Shown: positions 1-12,338 of the stretch, one piece after another | How the letters are laid out: each line of letters begins with the position of its first letter | Numbering within the stretch: the first letter of the stretch is position 1 | Assembly: GCA_964016885.1 (NCBI GenBank) | Contig: OZ024741.1 | Coordinates: 175,708,001 to 175,772,000 of the forward strand | Origin: Eledone cirrhosa | Lineage: Eukaryota | DNA: 64,000 nucleotides | Direction: 5' to 3' | Made by a program: the position numbers and the translations under genes | The notes under the pieces: model-generated | Seen by the model: the letters and a program-made list of their open reading frames with translations, nothing else | Databases searched by the model: none | What the model was told of the DNA's origin: nothing

Positions 1-232
1 ATATATATATAAAGAAATTACTTCTATCCCCAGAATATGTTGCGATGCTGCGGGATTTCCTTTATTGCAGTAACACATTTGTCAATTGATCCTACCAAAT
101 TAGAGTAATTTCTTCTTCACATATATTGTTTAACATTTTTACAACTAAGCATTGTCGTATGGACGGGATGTCATCCTCACTAAATACAAACAATCAGACC
201 AACATCAGATTATCCACCATTTTCCAAGCTTG

Positions 233-234
<2 letters not shown>

Positions 235-302
<68 letters not shown>

Positions 303-316
303 TACATATATATATA
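235..316. repeat. (TA)n microsatellite
   Basis: Direct dinucleotide run; abuts the 3' end (minus strand) of the hammerhead-bearing repeat. Confidence 0.95.
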
Positions 317-416
317 TTTATTATAATGCTCGGTGTGTTTGTAAACAACCATCCCGTATTAAGCCGTAGTGTCTAGCAACCATCGTTGCTCTCGTTTGTT
401 CAACACTGACAAAGCA

Positions 417-459
417 ACGCTGTACTAGTTTAAAGCTTATTAGCTATCGTCAGCAACGT
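417..459 (-). ncRNA. Type I minimal hammerhead ribozyme motif, copy 1 (GAAA mutated to UAAA)
   Basis: Reverse complement reads acgttg-CUGACGA-u-agcu-aaua-agcu-u-UAAA-cua-GUA-cagcgu. Confidence 0.6.
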
Positions 460-843
460 ATACCTTCCTGCCAGATTGTTGAAAGCCTGAAAGCATATAC
501 TTTCCTTATACATATTAACGGCTGAGTAGCCCAAGTTTCATATCGAGTGGGTTAATCGGCCGGGTGCACCGAAAACGATAAACGGAAAAAATGAAACGAA
601 ATTTCATTTCCCACTCTTAGTACGGCTGTTACTTAAATATAAGTATGTATACGTACATACATATATGTATACAGACGCACAATAGTATGTATATATATAT
701 ACATACATGCACACACATATATATGTACGTATGGATTCACCGAACATTTATTATAATGCTCGGTGTGTTTGTAAACAAACATCCCGTATTAAGCGTAGTG
801 TCTAGCAACCATCGTTACTTGTTTGTTCAACACTGACAAAGGA

Positions 844-886
844 ACGCTGTACTAGTTTCAAGCTTATTAGCTATCGTCAGCAACGT
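844..886 (-). ncRNA. Type I minimal hammerhead ribozyme motif, copy 2 (intact core)
   Basis: Reverse complement reads acgttg-CUGACGA-u-agcu-aaua-agcu-u-GAAA-cua-GUA-cagcgu; stem I acguug/cagcgu; palindromic stem III ACUAGU. Confidence 0.8.
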
Positions 887-1147
887 ATACCTTCCTGCCA
901 GATTGTTGAACGTCTGAAAGCATATACTTTCATTATGCATATTAACGGCTGAGCAGCCTAATTTGCATATCGAGTGGGTTAATTGGCCGGGTGCACTGAA
1001 AACGATAAACGGAAAAAATGAAACGAGATTTCATTTACTACTCTTAGTACGGCTGTTACTTAAATATAAGTATGTACACGTACATATATATATATGCATA
1101 AGGAAAGTATATGCTTTCAGACGTTCAACAATCTGGCAGGAAGGTAT

Positions 1148-1190
1148 ACGTTGCTGACGATAGCTAATAAGCTTGAAACTAGTACAGCGT
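1148..1190 (+). ncRNA. Type I minimal hammerhead ribozyme motif, inverted copy (intact core)
   Basis: CTGACGA 1154-1160, stem II agct/agct, GAAA 1175-1178, GTA triplet 1182-1184, stem I acgttg/cagcgt. Confidence 0.8.
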
Positions 1191-1444
1191 TCCTTTGTCA
1201 GTGTTGAACAAACGAGCAACTATGGTTGCTAGACACTACGGCTTAATACGGGACGTTTGTTTACAAACACACCGAGCATTATAATAAATGTTCGGTGAAT
1301 CCATACGTACATATATGTGTGCATGTATGTATATATATATATACATACTACTGTACGTCTCTATACATATATGTATGTACGTGTACATGCTTATATATAT
1401 ATATATAGAGACAAACACTTGCGGTTGCCTTCAATAACAGTAAC

Positions 1445-1618
1445 AATAATTGTTTCGACTTTTGGCACAAGGCCAGCACTTATCCAGTACTGGTACTTTA
1501 TTTTATCGCCCCCTAAGAATGAAAGGCAAAGTTGACCTCGTCGGGATTTGAACTCAGAATGGCAAGGGCCGTAACTCTATGCGTCAAAGTATGACCTTCG
1601 ACTCTCTACCGATACTGG

Positions 1619-1622
<4 letters not shown>
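1445..1622 (-). mobile_element. tRNA-derived SINE, family A
   Basis: Minus strand has A-box-like and B-box GAGTTCAAATCC motifs, a central gcctttcat...ataaaataaagtaccag domain and an (ATT)n tail; about 20 homologous copies in the window. Confidence 0.85.

Positions 1623-1685
<63 letters not shown>
1621..1685. repeat. (TA)n microsatellite
   Basis: Direct run. Confidence 0.95.
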
Positions 1686-1688
<3 letters not shown>

Positions 1689-2071
1689 CAGTCACTCTAA
1701 TTAGGGACGTGTTGTCTGGGCAATCAGGCTATAGAGTACACACCAAGGTTTAAACGATGTCACTTTGAAATATAAAAGAAATGGTTGCGAGAAAATGATA
1801 ACTATGTGTATAAAACAGTGAAAAATTCACTAAATGTTTATTACTTCGATGTTATAAAAGCTCACTTACTCGTACATTTTAAACTCAGTGATGATATTAA
1901 TTCGTCAAGCTATCAAATCCCCATAAAATCAGTTCAGCTCCATAAGGAATTAAATATATGTTATAATGGCAGACATTAATCTGCCTACATTTAATGCAAC
2001 AAGAGAATATATACTGCATATATACATGTTAAATTGCATATGATTTATGCATCTTCGTTATTATGAAACTG

Positions 2072-2298
2072 TAGGTTGGTGGATTAGTTGTATCGGTTGA
2101 GCTTCGGAGAAAATGCTTTGTTGCATTAAGTAATGACTGCCTAGGTTTTAAATTAAATCCCTCTGAAGCCAACGTTGCCTTCCATCCATCGTTCCAGGGA
2201 CGAGAAAACAACGTACCAGTTAGGTACTAAGTTCGATAAATTATTTATTTTCCCTTCTCCAAAATTGCTGGTCTTGTGCCAATATTAGAAATAATTGT
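2072..2298 (+). mobile_element. Old diverged SINE family A copy
   Basis: Degenerate head; tail aaaattgctggtcttgtgccaatattagaaa matches the younger copies. Confidence 0.7.
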
Positions 2299-4526
2299 TA
2301 AGCTGGTGTGTTTGAACAAAACTCAAATTGAGATTCTGATATGAAATTATGATATAAAGTTTAAGTATAAATATAAACACTTTAAAAACGGATGGCTTTG
2401 AATGAGAAAGGCAGTTTCTGTTCCGAGCAGGTTAGTGGTAAAATAGTTTTAACATTTCTAGAATAGCTTAAGACAATAATATATTTATCCGCATAATTAG
2501 CATTATTCAACAGGCATTATTCTTGTGAGATTTTGTTTAGGTTTGCTAAAATGATTGTAGGTATGTCTGTGTGTGGTTATGAAGATCATTTGACAGCTAT
2601 ATTGCATAGCAGCTTGGAAAATGGTTCATACGATTGTATGGTAGTCAATATATTTGTCTAAAAGGTTTGAAGACAGTGCCCTCAACATAGCTGCAATCCA
2701 ATAACCGAAGTCAATAAAAGAATTCCACAATTTCCTTGACTTTTCCCTCTTTTGGTTACCGTATTAAAATATTTCATCATTTATCGCGTGTTAAACTGTG
2801 AGTCACATCAACTATTTGTTTTCTCGCTGACTTCTTTATTGCCCCTCTCTTTCGGATTTTTATTCAACATACATTGGAACACTGTTCATTTCTTCCTTCT
2901 CTTATCTTTATGAGTATTACCTTTTCATTACAAATGTCTCTTTGCCATAGTTCACATTTAGTTTATGCAGCCAGTAGCATATTAGTGACAAACCAACCAA
3001 CCACACAAAATATTGTATATTAGATATACATAACATTAATGTTATCGCGCTGTGGTGACATGATAGATAAAGTATATTACATTTTAGAAAACCTGCGCAT
3101 AAACTATGAAAATTTAGATACGCGCAGTATTTTCTGCTAACATATCAAATACATATAGCCTTTTCTCGTAAAGTGTCATATTCTATTCTCATAAAAGCCA
3201 AAAAACCTAGATTAAAAATAGTATATTAAATATATAAACATTCAGTATCAAGCATTTACTATTCAGTCTCTATTTGATATATACATCACCTTTAGAATCA
3301 TGCCATAATAAAAATTGCACTTTTTAAACATATCATCACACTTAAAAACACATTATCCTACGTTAAATACTTAAAGCCAACGCATACTTTTATCACATAT
3401 TTTATAGACGATTCAAACAACTGATACGATGCTATTCAAGTATTTCACTTTTGAAATATAACCCTTGCTTAAAATATAAAGAGAGAGGCCATTAGTTATC
3501 AAATGAAAGAATTATTACATAAAATAAATGAGAAAAGTGGAAGCAATATCCAGTAAGCATGTCATGTTAACCAACAACAGGACTCCAGTTTTCAAAGACC
3601 TGGAGTTCATGCATTATTTGTTGTGCCAGCACAATGAAACTTTTCCAGAATTGTTGCATGCAGAAAAGTAATTGCTTACAATTCAGCTTTCCCTATTACA
3701 CACTGTTGACAGCAACCGATTTCTTTTCCCGGGCTCTACAACTACTATACAACATTTTTTTTTTTACAATATTGCCAAACACTCAGCAAATACAGAATGT
3801 TAAATGTTTTGTTAAAAGAACTTGTCAAATTTGAATAGTCTTGCTGAGAAAAATAATTTTAACATTCCTTATCTGTTTACCGATACTTTCTCTCGAAAGT
3901 AATCAAAATCATCAGTTAAAATTAAGAGAAACATAATTTTCCATCAGACAACAGAATCTATCTTTCATACGAACAGTACGACTTGAAAGAACAAAGGTTT
4001 TCATGAAGTAAAAAATTCCAAAAATGATGGAAACTGAAAATGTTTTACATCAGCAATAATTAATCTAAGAAGATGTTCACAGAAAGTACACGGAACATGG
4101 CCAAATGGATGAGTTCGATACCACTGCTTAGAATCTTAGGCGAATGTTACTTGCAATTGCTTCAAGTCGATGTATGCTTTGTGGGTGTTATTGGGTATTT
4201 TAACACACTGTTACGATGAATCACCATGTGAATTATGTCGAGGGTACGTGTATACCCAATGCTTATCCACTTACACGCTAATTCCATGAATAACTGGAAC
4301 ATTGATCGTCGATACCGATGGAGAATATTTATATATCTTCAGTTGCTTCGGAAAGGGAAGAGTCTAACAGTTCAAGGGTATGGCTCTTTGTTTATAAGTC
4401 TAGAAGAAAGAACATTTTACCGCACTTTCATTAGCTTTGGGTGAAGACGACAGCATTTTATCATCTTGACTCTCAGAGGAAGTAACAGATACTTCACTCC
4501 TTATGCCAACATGCAACCTTGGTGGG

Positions 4527-4770
4527 CCCACAATTGTAAGTTCGTGAGATCGACTTCCGAATCAGATGACACGTTGTGTACTTGAGCAAGACACTTTATT
4601 TCCCGTTGCTTCGGTTCCCCCAGCTGTAAACAATGAATGCAATCGACACCTAGCTGTAGACCTACAGCAGTGGGGAGTTGTGGGGAGCTTTAACTCTGTC
4701 ACCCCACACCAATAAAACAAAGATACCTTCCTGACTGACGAGTATCAGGCTTTGGGAAAGACTTTAATTA
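4527..4770 (+). mobile_element. Decayed SINE family B (CORE-like central domain)
   Basis: gttgtgtacttgagcaagacactttatttcccgttgct is shared with the copies at 8175, 11680, 33425 and 61619. Confidence 0.55.
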
Positions 4771-4804
4771 TAACTGTATAAAAATAATGAGTATTGCACT
4801 GATG

Positions 4805-5270
4805 TTTATTTATCTATTTAAACGCCAGGAGAGGCAACTAATATCCCTTATAATTAAGAAACAAAAAGCAAGAGAGGGGCAGAGGGAGAAAAACCCAAAC
4901 AACGTTGATAGCAGGAAGCAAAAGAAGCATAAGTGAGAAAAAAGTGAAAACTAAGGACTAAAATAGAGCAGCTAAACGTTTCTGTTGTTGAATCTTTTTG
5001 TAGTCTAAATGTACTGTAAGATCTCGTTTGGTAGATTCTCGATAATATATTGCGCCTTCACTCTAGTTAGTTTTAAAAACCAGCTTCAAAATGTCCATTC
5101 TATCTCAGACTGGTAATTATTACATGGGAATATATAATTCAATAGAGTTTCTTAGCAGTCTCGACTATAAGGGATTCTATACGAGCTGTTCCAGATAAAA
5201 TATAGTTCAAGAGTTCATATCCTGTTCGAGAGAAACAAGTGAAATAATTTTAGGTAGAAACTTTAATTGA
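4805..5270 (-). mobile_element. 3' remnant of a non-LTR retrotransposon, similar to 33833-34230
   Basis: Minus strand ends in an A-rich tail; degenerate reading QYIIENLPNEIL resembles QYMITDLPNIHR at ~34200. Confidence 0.35.
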
Positions 5271-6568
5271 ATAATATATGATTGTTCAGCTAGAACAAAC
5301 TTGCATTACAGAAGAAAAAAACACCACCAAAATCTGTAAAAATGAACCCCATAAAAATCAGATATTTCATAGTAGTTATTTAAATATAAATTGCTAGATT
5401 ATTTTAAGATTTCCCTAAAGTATTATCTAAAATATAGATTAAACGTGACAGCTCATCAATCAGCATTCTATATAGCTTCTCTTAATTTTCTGTATATATC
5501 TATCAGTTGAAATATTAAATGATGTATCTCTTTGAAATAACAGCCTCATATCACTATTAACACAATTTAAATCTATTATAATCTCCAACCATTTATCCTG
5601 ATGAAACATAATTCAAAATGGCATCGTTAACTAGATAGTTTACTTATTAAATTCTACTGATAAGTTTCCTGAACACACAAAAATCTCTATTAAAAAGGAT
5701 TTCTTTTTATCAAATTGATGTTAATGGAATTTTAGGAATACAGTTGCTTCTGCAACATTTATGTATCATTTTAATTGCAAATATTTGTCAGGCCTGTGAG
5801 TAACACAATATGTTTACAACCATGTTGCTTCATGTAAATACATTAAATGAATCATGCTTTGCTAATTTGATTTTCATGTTAATGTTAATGTCATGTGGAA
5901 AAAAAAATATTGCGTCCAAACAGTTAATTATACTCAAAATCTGATTCTGAAAACTGTAGATTAATTATATCTTTACGTCAAGTTTATGATTTTAATTCAT
6001 AAGCGGTAGCAACTATAATGATGATAATGATTATTCAAATATAAATATATGTAAAAAGTGAGAAATACAGTGTGGACATTGAAAACTGAAGTAATCAGCA
6101 TAATAATAGGTACTTCGCGCTTCTTTTGTTCCGCTTTCTAATGGTTCTCTCTGTAGCGGTAGTGGTGATATTTCGAGAGATCATATAAAAAGACAAATGA
6201 TCTTCACAAAATGAGCAAGCAGAGGATTCAGCTCGTTGAGTGGATTGTGTATATAAGTGTTCAACATATGATTTATGTGCGATACCGGCGGCGACAAAAG
6301 AAAAAAAAAGACACTTTTAAGATTTATTCTGCAAACCGTTTTCTACTTGAATAACTGGGAATAATATTTTTGAAATGGTATATTCCTTTTTTAATAAAGA
6401 GAGTTTACGAAAGAATAAATGTTTCACTGCATGCATTTCTAACTTATTCATCTCTTCACCTCGCTTCAACCAATTTGTGTTCAACCACGCCCAGGCCACA
6501 CACAAATCACTACGCCCAGCTCTTCTAACCAAGAAGGTCGGCGACGCTCAACGCGTTATATTCTCGTG

Positions 6569-6753
6569 AATTGGCAGTATCGATAAAGAGTCAGACGCCA
6601 TGTTTTTCAGCATAGAGTTACGGCCGTTTACATTATAAGTTCAAATTCCGCCGAGGTTAACTTTGCCTTTCATCCTTACATGGTCGATAAAAGAAAGCAC
6701 CAGTAATGCACTGGGATAATTTCTGGGTTGTGCCAAAAGAAGGAATAATTATA
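6569..6753 (+). mobile_element. SINE family A
   Basis: ttggcagtatcg A box, gttcaaattcc B box, central domain, att tail. Confidence 0.85.
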
Positions 6754-6954
6754 TTCTGGTTTAATGTTAAGAAGGAAAACATAGTTGTTGAAATTGAAGC
6801 ATTGAAGAGGTTTATTTCTTGGCCTGTTATATTTCTAATGAAAGACATGGCATATGATTTTCAAATCATTTTCAAAATCAGGAATTTCTATAGATTTAGT
6901 AATATAATTAACTTTTTCAGTATTAGGCCGGTTTTTGAAACATAACTTATATCA

Positions 6955-7100
6955 ATAATTGTTTCTACTTTTGGCACTAAGCCAGCAATTACCCCAGTGC
7001 ATTACTGCTTCTTTATTTTATCTACACCGTAAAGATGAAATGCAAAGCTAACCTCGGTGGGATTTGAACTCAGAACGCAAAGCATGGTGTCTAACGTTCT
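6955..7100 (-). mobile_element. SINE family A (diverged, internally deleted)
   Basis: Homology to family A. Confidence 0.8.
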
Positions 7101-7112
7101 ATAACTTATATA

Positions 7113-7303
7113 AATAATTGTTTCTACTTTAGGCACAAGGCCAGCAATTACCCAGTGCATTACTGGTACTTTATTTTATCGACCTCGTAAGGGTGAAAGG
7201 CTAAGTCAACCTCGGCGGGATTTGAACTCAGATCGTAAAGGGACGTAACTATGCTGGAAAGCATGGCGTCCGACTCTCTACCGATACTGCCAATCTACCG
7301 CCC
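7113..7303 (-). mobile_element. SINE family A, full length
   Basis: Complete from head gggcggtagattggcag to tail. Confidence 0.9.
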
Positions 7304-8174
7304 TTATATAAACTTATATAAACAATGGAAGTTTAAACGCATTAAAACATACAGTTCGGCGTCATAGATTCAGGAGCAATTCCTGGTGGTTGAGTATGAT
7401 GCAGCTCGTTAAAAATTAAACTTATGCCGGAAAAGTTTTCTAAATTATCGCACTGTGAAGGTTGTCATTAACCAGTATAAATATACATACAATATTAAAT
7501 AAGGCAAGTAAAGTATGGTTTAGATAGTGCTGAAAACAGAGGAATGGTTGACACGCATAGAAACCGAATCTGATACAAAATCAACCATTATTCTAATTAA
7601 TATCGTTAAATATTTGAACAAAATAATTTTCAAATAATTCCTTAGTTTTTTTCATGGTAGTGAACCTCAATTTATTACCTCAAATGAAGCTATTAAATGA
7701 CCATTGATAGGCCAGGCTGCAGTTTTATAGAAAAAACTTATATAAATTTCCTGAGGCTTATCAATATTTATTTTCATAAAAATAAATGGCCTGGAAAATT
7801 TAAATTTAGTAAATCGCCATAATTGTAAAAAATAATTGGTTATTTTCGGTTACAGATTTAGTTATCAAGCAATAAAATTCATTTTCAATATTTGGTAGAA
7901 TTACAGAGAAATTCTGACATAATCACCCGCCATTTACGGGTTTTACTGTATTAAATCATACTTTCTTGCAAAATTAACTATTAAATTATTTCTCAGTATA
8001 TTTACTCCTAACGACAACAACAACATCAAACAATTTATAGTGAATAGGCTGAATAAAATTCGTAATTTTTTTTCATGAAAATATTTTAATTTCAATTTTG
8101 AGGTCACCATATTAAAATCATAGTGTGATGTGTGTCTATTAAAAATATAGAATCTCTTCGAAGCTGGGAGTGAT

Positions 8175-8490
8175 ATTGCTTTTGGATATCCGTCGTTTCC
8201 GACTACGAGTGCTCCAGTTAGTTCAACCAACAGAACAGCCTGTTCAGGAAAGTAACATGTAAATGGCTCCGCATTCCGCAGACACTTGCACACCTAACTT
8301 AGTTCAGTATGGGACAATGTGTGACAAGACCGGCCTATTGAATTACATTGACGACTAAGTTGTGCTAGCTGAGTAAACTGAAGCAGCGTGAAGTATAGCG
8401 TTTTGCTCAATGATACAGCACACCTCCCGGTCCAGGTAACGAACTACCACTTTATGATCATAAGCCAAATACTCTAACAATTAAGTCACA
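8175..8490 (-). mobile_element. SINE family B (CORE-like), decayed
   Basis: Reverse complement aligns by eye with 61619-61945 and 11680-11969. Confidence 0.65.
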
Positions 8491-8800
8491 TGCATTAACC
8501 ACCATGTAATGTATCTGCCTTGGAACTGATAAAGATAGCAGTCTGAACAGGGATTACAGTTGCATTAACAAACATATCTAAAAATAGCCACTGAGGGTGC
8601 CTATATGTTAAAACCTGCGACCATATCTGCCCTCTTAGAAAATGTAATAAACGGTACTCAAACAATCTGTTAGACACGCAGCGACAAACAACAGCATGTT
8701 TTAAGTCTGCGTGTCTGACATATATGCGTGGCTTGTGAATAAAAAAAATCAAGAGGTGTCGCTGGCCGTGGTGATCGCTGCCAAACATATTTTGTAATGT

Positions 8801-8971
8801 ATCGTCTTATTGGCTAATTTCATCGTCTTATTGGCTAATCAACCAACGAGAGTAATTGTTGCTCAAAAGCATCCGCCATTTTGTTTGCACATTTATTTAT
8901 CGTTTCGCTATCGAATCTTCCTCCTGTATTTCGTCGTTTATCATCAACATTTTTTTCCCGTTTTGGTAAGT
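8801..8971 (+). promoter_or_regulatory. Promoter-like module: tandem CCAAT boxes, YY1-like CCGCCATTTT, and a 5' splice donor GTAAGT
   Basis: atcgtcttattggctaat duplicated at 8801 and 8822; ccgccatttt 8873-8882; G|GTAAGT at 8966; locally CpG-rich. Confidence 0.35.
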
Positions 8972-9416
8972 TATATTGTTAATTTATATATTATTTTTTA
9001 AATTTATATTAACTATTTTTTTTCAGTTCCTTATAACATGCTTATAATATTGGTTGTATCATATTTACTTGTATATTTGTCCATATTATTGTTCGTTTTA
9101 TGTTAGATTATTTTATTATTATTATGTTAGATTATTTTTTTATTATTATGTTAGACTATTTGTATGTAATATTTAATTTTTATTAATTCAACTATAACAA
9201 TTATTATGTAAAATATATTTATTTAATATTGATTGTTTTTTGTAGTTGTTTATATTAAAAGACTGAACATATTTTTACACATCTTACAATAATATTTACA
9301 AGATTATTTATAAAATAACAATTATATAATCTAATTACATTACAACGATAATTTATTATTAATATATATCATGTTTAACTAGAGTTATTACAAGCGTTGC
9401 CTTAAAAAATTATTAA

Positions 9417-9861
9417 ACTAGACCTGAAAATTGCGCAACTCAAAAGAGCCACAGAATGTTATAATAAACCTTCAAAAGTGTGGGACTAAAGTTGTTGCTA
9501 AAAAATATTGTAATCATTATCTATCGTACACTCTGTGGCATCCTTTTATAAAAAAGAGACTCATAACGAACTCAAGACGACACGATAATTATTTAAGTGA
9601 ATTTATAATATAGAATTCGGTTTAAGTGCATTTCGTATTAATCATTACTAAACATCTAATATGAGATATTGAACATTAGCTTAAATGATTATCGTGTCGT
9701 CTTTAGTTCGTTATGAGTCTCATTTTTATAAAAGGATGCCACAGAGTGTACGATAGATAATGATTACAATATGTTTGAGCAACAACCCTAGTCCCACACT
9801 TTTGAAGGTTTATTATAACATTCTGTGGCTCTTTTGAGCTTGCGCATTTTTCAAGTCTAGT
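9417..9861. repeat. Long inverted repeat (~180-bp arms, ~82-bp spacer); MITE/foldback-like
   Basis: 9417-9597 is a close reverse complement of 9680-9861; ORFs 9431+ and 9933- translate near-identically. Confidence 0.9.
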
Positions 9862-10020
9862 AAATAATACCCAGGGATAACCATCTGAATTCATTGGTCT
9901 CGGTAATAATTTTACTAAAAATAATTTACGCAAACTCGGCAGCCTTTAATACATCTAGATTAAGAGAGGTTGGCGGAGGAAATATTTTTCCAAGAAATAT
10001 CTATGATGATGCTAAACATA

Positions 10021-10170
10021 AAGTAGCGAATTGACAGAGTTGTTAAAGCGTCAAATAGAATATCACATGGTATTTGTTTCAGCTCCCTACGCTCTCAGTT
10101 CAAATCTTTCCTGAGGTTAACTTTGTACTTTACGCTTTTAGGCTAGATAGAATAACATACCAGTACACAA
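10021..10170 (+). mobile_element. Old SINE family A relic
   Basis: cagttcaaatc...gaggttaactttg motif. Confidence 0.55.
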
Positions 10171-11017
10171 AGGGGGATAATCGAGGGATGGTATAGAGGA
10201 TAGGATGAGATGCGTTGCGGTATTTATTTAGGTGCTTTGTTTTCTAGGCTCAAATTTCGCCTAGGGATTCACATCTCACCGATGATCAGGTCTAATCATC
10301 CGAGGACGTTACAACAATTATTTATGAAAGCTGCAATGTGTTGAAGTGTTTGTTGACGACTGCCAATGCAGTCCCATAAGAAGGGTGGTGATCTATGATC
10401 AGAAAACTTGACTGAAGCAATATAATCTAATAAAAAAACTCAAGTCATATAATTTTTGTCTGCAATGACTAGTTTCTACTAAGCAGCGTCTATTTACAGT
10501 GCTCTATCTGTGTACAATAGTGAGATTTATGTTGTTGTTATTGATGTCCTTTCGACCCTGACTATATATCAGTACCCAATATGATCTTTTAGCAACATCT
10601 AGTTTTGCATTATCTAATATGTTATATTTACTCTAATGCTGTTGTGTATTTACATATAGTATCCTTTCATGAACTCTGTAATGCCAGTCATACGATACAA
10701 TCTGGTAGCTTTCTTTATATATCATTATCAAGTCTAGCAGTTACAAGTCAAGTCTAGCTGTTTCATATAAACAGCCTTATTCTTCAAAATGGTAAACAGG
10801 AAACTAATTTATTTCATCATATAGGAACAAGACATATACTCCTCCATTAGTAAGGATTTTGCAAGATAGGAAGGAGATATTAAATAGATTGTTAATGATA
10901 GCAAACCTATGAAAATTTGTTACAAAAAGCTTATTTGTAAGAACTTACGCAAGACTAAAATCCATACATGCAAGCTAGTGACATTCTAACGGAATTAATA
11001 AAGAAATGAATATCTTG

Positions 11018-11648
<631 letters not shown>

Positions 11649-11679
11649 AAGGTGAGTGTTAGGCCTCTTTCGTTTCTGA

Positions 11680-11969
11680 CGACAAGAGTTCCTGTTCCTT
11701 GATCAAGGGAATAGCCTGCTTGTGAAATTAAAGCGCTAGTGGATGAGCATTCCCCCAAAACGTGTACCCCGAACAACTAATTCTCAGGAAGATTCAGCGA
11801 GACAAAATTTGACAAGGTCGACCCTTTAGTTCATAGGTGCAGCCTTTCGTTTCCAGCTGACTGGACTAAAGTAACGAGAAATAAAATATATTGCGCAAGG
11901 GCATTTATACACCGCCGGAACACAAATTTGTGACCCTACAATCGTGAACCGAACATAATAAACACTATA
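11680..11969 (-). mobile_element. SINE family B, decayed; the hAT element is inserted at its 5' end
   Basis: Homology to 8175-8490 and 61619-61945. Confidence 0.6.
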
Positions 11970-12122
11970 CTATACACCAGGGGCCGGAAACCTTTTGGAG
12001 AGAGAGGGCCAAACAGCTATGCAGTCTCATGGAGGAGGGCCATGTTATTAAATATGTAAATAAATTTTCTGGAGGTTTAAAGCAAAACAAGGAATTTAAT
12101 ATAATTTTATTTTAACAAGGCC

Positions 12123-12338
12123 CCTTATTTTACTGCAGGAATAACAAAAAAAAAAAGAAAAAATACAAACACATTTAACAAAAAGAAAAAAGCAAATTCC
12201 TTATTTTACTGCAGGAATAACAGAAAAACACCTACTATCACAACCAACAAAAAAAAAAGCAAATTCCTTATTTTACTGCAGGAATAACAGAAAAACAACT
12301 ACTATCACAATCGACAAAAAAAAAAAGCCAATTCCTTG
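12123..12338. repeat. ~70-bp subterminal tandem repeat inside the hAT element
   Basis: ccttattttactgcaggaataaca occurs three times plus a partial copy. Confidence 0.85.

Larger units (their letters stand above)
317..1395 (-). mobile_element. Hammerhead-containing non-coding repeat (retrozyme / non-autonomous PLE-like): two tandem copies (427-bp period) plus an inverted partial copy
   Basis: 317-645 recurs at 747-1071; 1094-1395 is the reverse complement of ~641-940; each copy carries a hammerhead motif; AATAAA on the minus strand at 317-322 next to (TA)n. Confidence 0.75.

Noticed and set aside
6100-6568. CpG-containing stretch with CCACGCCC and CCAAT as a promoter
   Set aside because: Short motifs only, with no linked exon or start evidence
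7943-8293. 116-aa ORF
   Set aside because: The 5' part overlaps a SINE B relic and the rest is AT-rich sequence with no motif
9431-9933. Pair of similar ORFs on opposite strands as duplicated genes
   Set aside because: A by-product of the inverted repeat; no recognisable domain
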